IMG/VR virus record: IMGVR_UViG_3300025913_000002
Length of the DNA stretch: 64,000 nucleotides
Source of the DNA: an uncultured virus (IMG/VR IMGVR_UViG_3300025913_000002)
Taxonomy: Duplodnaviria > Heunggongvirae > Uroviricota > Caudoviricetes
Reading direction: 5' to 3' (one strand)
In this document: one piece after another, positions 63,540-64,000 of the stretch
Layout of the letters: each line of letters opens with the position of its first letter
Numbering within the stretch: position 1 is the stretch's first letter
Notes under the pieces: generated by a model
Database searches by the model: none
The model's input: the letters and a program-made list of their open reading frames with translations, nothing else
What the model was told of the DNA's origin: nothing
Position numbers and translations under genes: made by a program

Positions 63540-63847
63540 GCAGAAGTATATTCGGATGGTCGTATCCGCCAGGATGCAGCGGGCCGCCTGATTATCCCGA
63601 CGAAGCGGACGCTGTTCAACCGCAATGCTCGTGCGGCGCGTATCTCTCGTGGAAGCCGCACAGAACCGAGCGCGTAGACATCATGGCTAACTGTCCAGGG
63701 TTTACCGAGGAGGATGCTGAATTCATGTGGGAATCTGAATGCGGGAACAATAAGCCGCATGAGCCACACAAGTTTTTGTACGAGTACCGCACCGTGCTGA
63801 TATGGGATTGCAAGCGATGCAAGAAGGAATATCGGTACACCGGATAG
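63536..63847 (+). CDS. hypothetical protein (FGWSYPPGC motif, Zn-ribbon)
   Basis: ATGA overlap; CSCG...CKRC. Confidence 0.65.
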   Translation: MSRSIFGWSYPPGCSGPPDYPDEADAVQPQCSCGAYLSWKPHRTERVDIMANCPGFTEEDAEFMWESECGNNKPHEPHKFLYEYRTVLIWDCKRCKKEYRYTG

Positions 63848-64000
63848 GAACAGGGGCGGAAGCAGGGAGAGAGCGAGACGCCGTGAAACACATATCAACA
63901 GTGGTCGATTACATCATTACATGCTCTAGGTGCGGTGAAAACCAGAGCATCATCGACGCGGGCTTAGTAGCATCATCAAAACGAGAAGCGGAAATAATGT

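Noticed and set aside
1..64000. Genome-wide TAG reassignment
   Set aside because: Conserved genes are intact in code 11 and several end properly at TAG (terS, chaperone, nuclease); only bet is interrupted

Overview
This window is most of a tailed dsDNA bacteriophage genome, siphovirus-like (tube, tail chaperone and long tape measure; no sheath recognised), GC-rich, host not determinable from sequence alone. Positions 1-16.3 kb (+) hold a mosaic early/middle region: DUF2303 pair, PAPS-reductase-like protein, Bet recombinase, PD-(D/E)XK nuclease, replication initiator, HNH, RusA and many small ORFs. Positions 56.8-16.3 kb (-) are the late region: terS, terL, portal, a sugar/methyl-modification cluster, scaffold, capsid, connectors, tail, tail-tip proteins and lysis genes. 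Positions 56.9-64 kb contain operator-controlled cassettes of small ORFs plus ParB. The most unusual signals are: (1) a nine-enzyme glycan pathway inside the head module (GmhA-type isomerase, two PLOD-type glycosyltransferases, a GT9-like transferase, a second GT-B-like enzyme, three SAM methyltransferases, a B12 radical SAM enzyme); (2) two homologous, covarying, CCA-ending tRNA-like RNAs flanking a small membrane peptide, next to a TYW3-like gene; (3) a ~480-nt GNRA-rich structured RNA candidate; (4) matching 7-bp pseudoknots after the capsid and tail-tube genes; (5) an in-frame amber inside the Bet gene. All protein calls come from motif recognition by eye and all RNA folds were done by hand; no database search was run.
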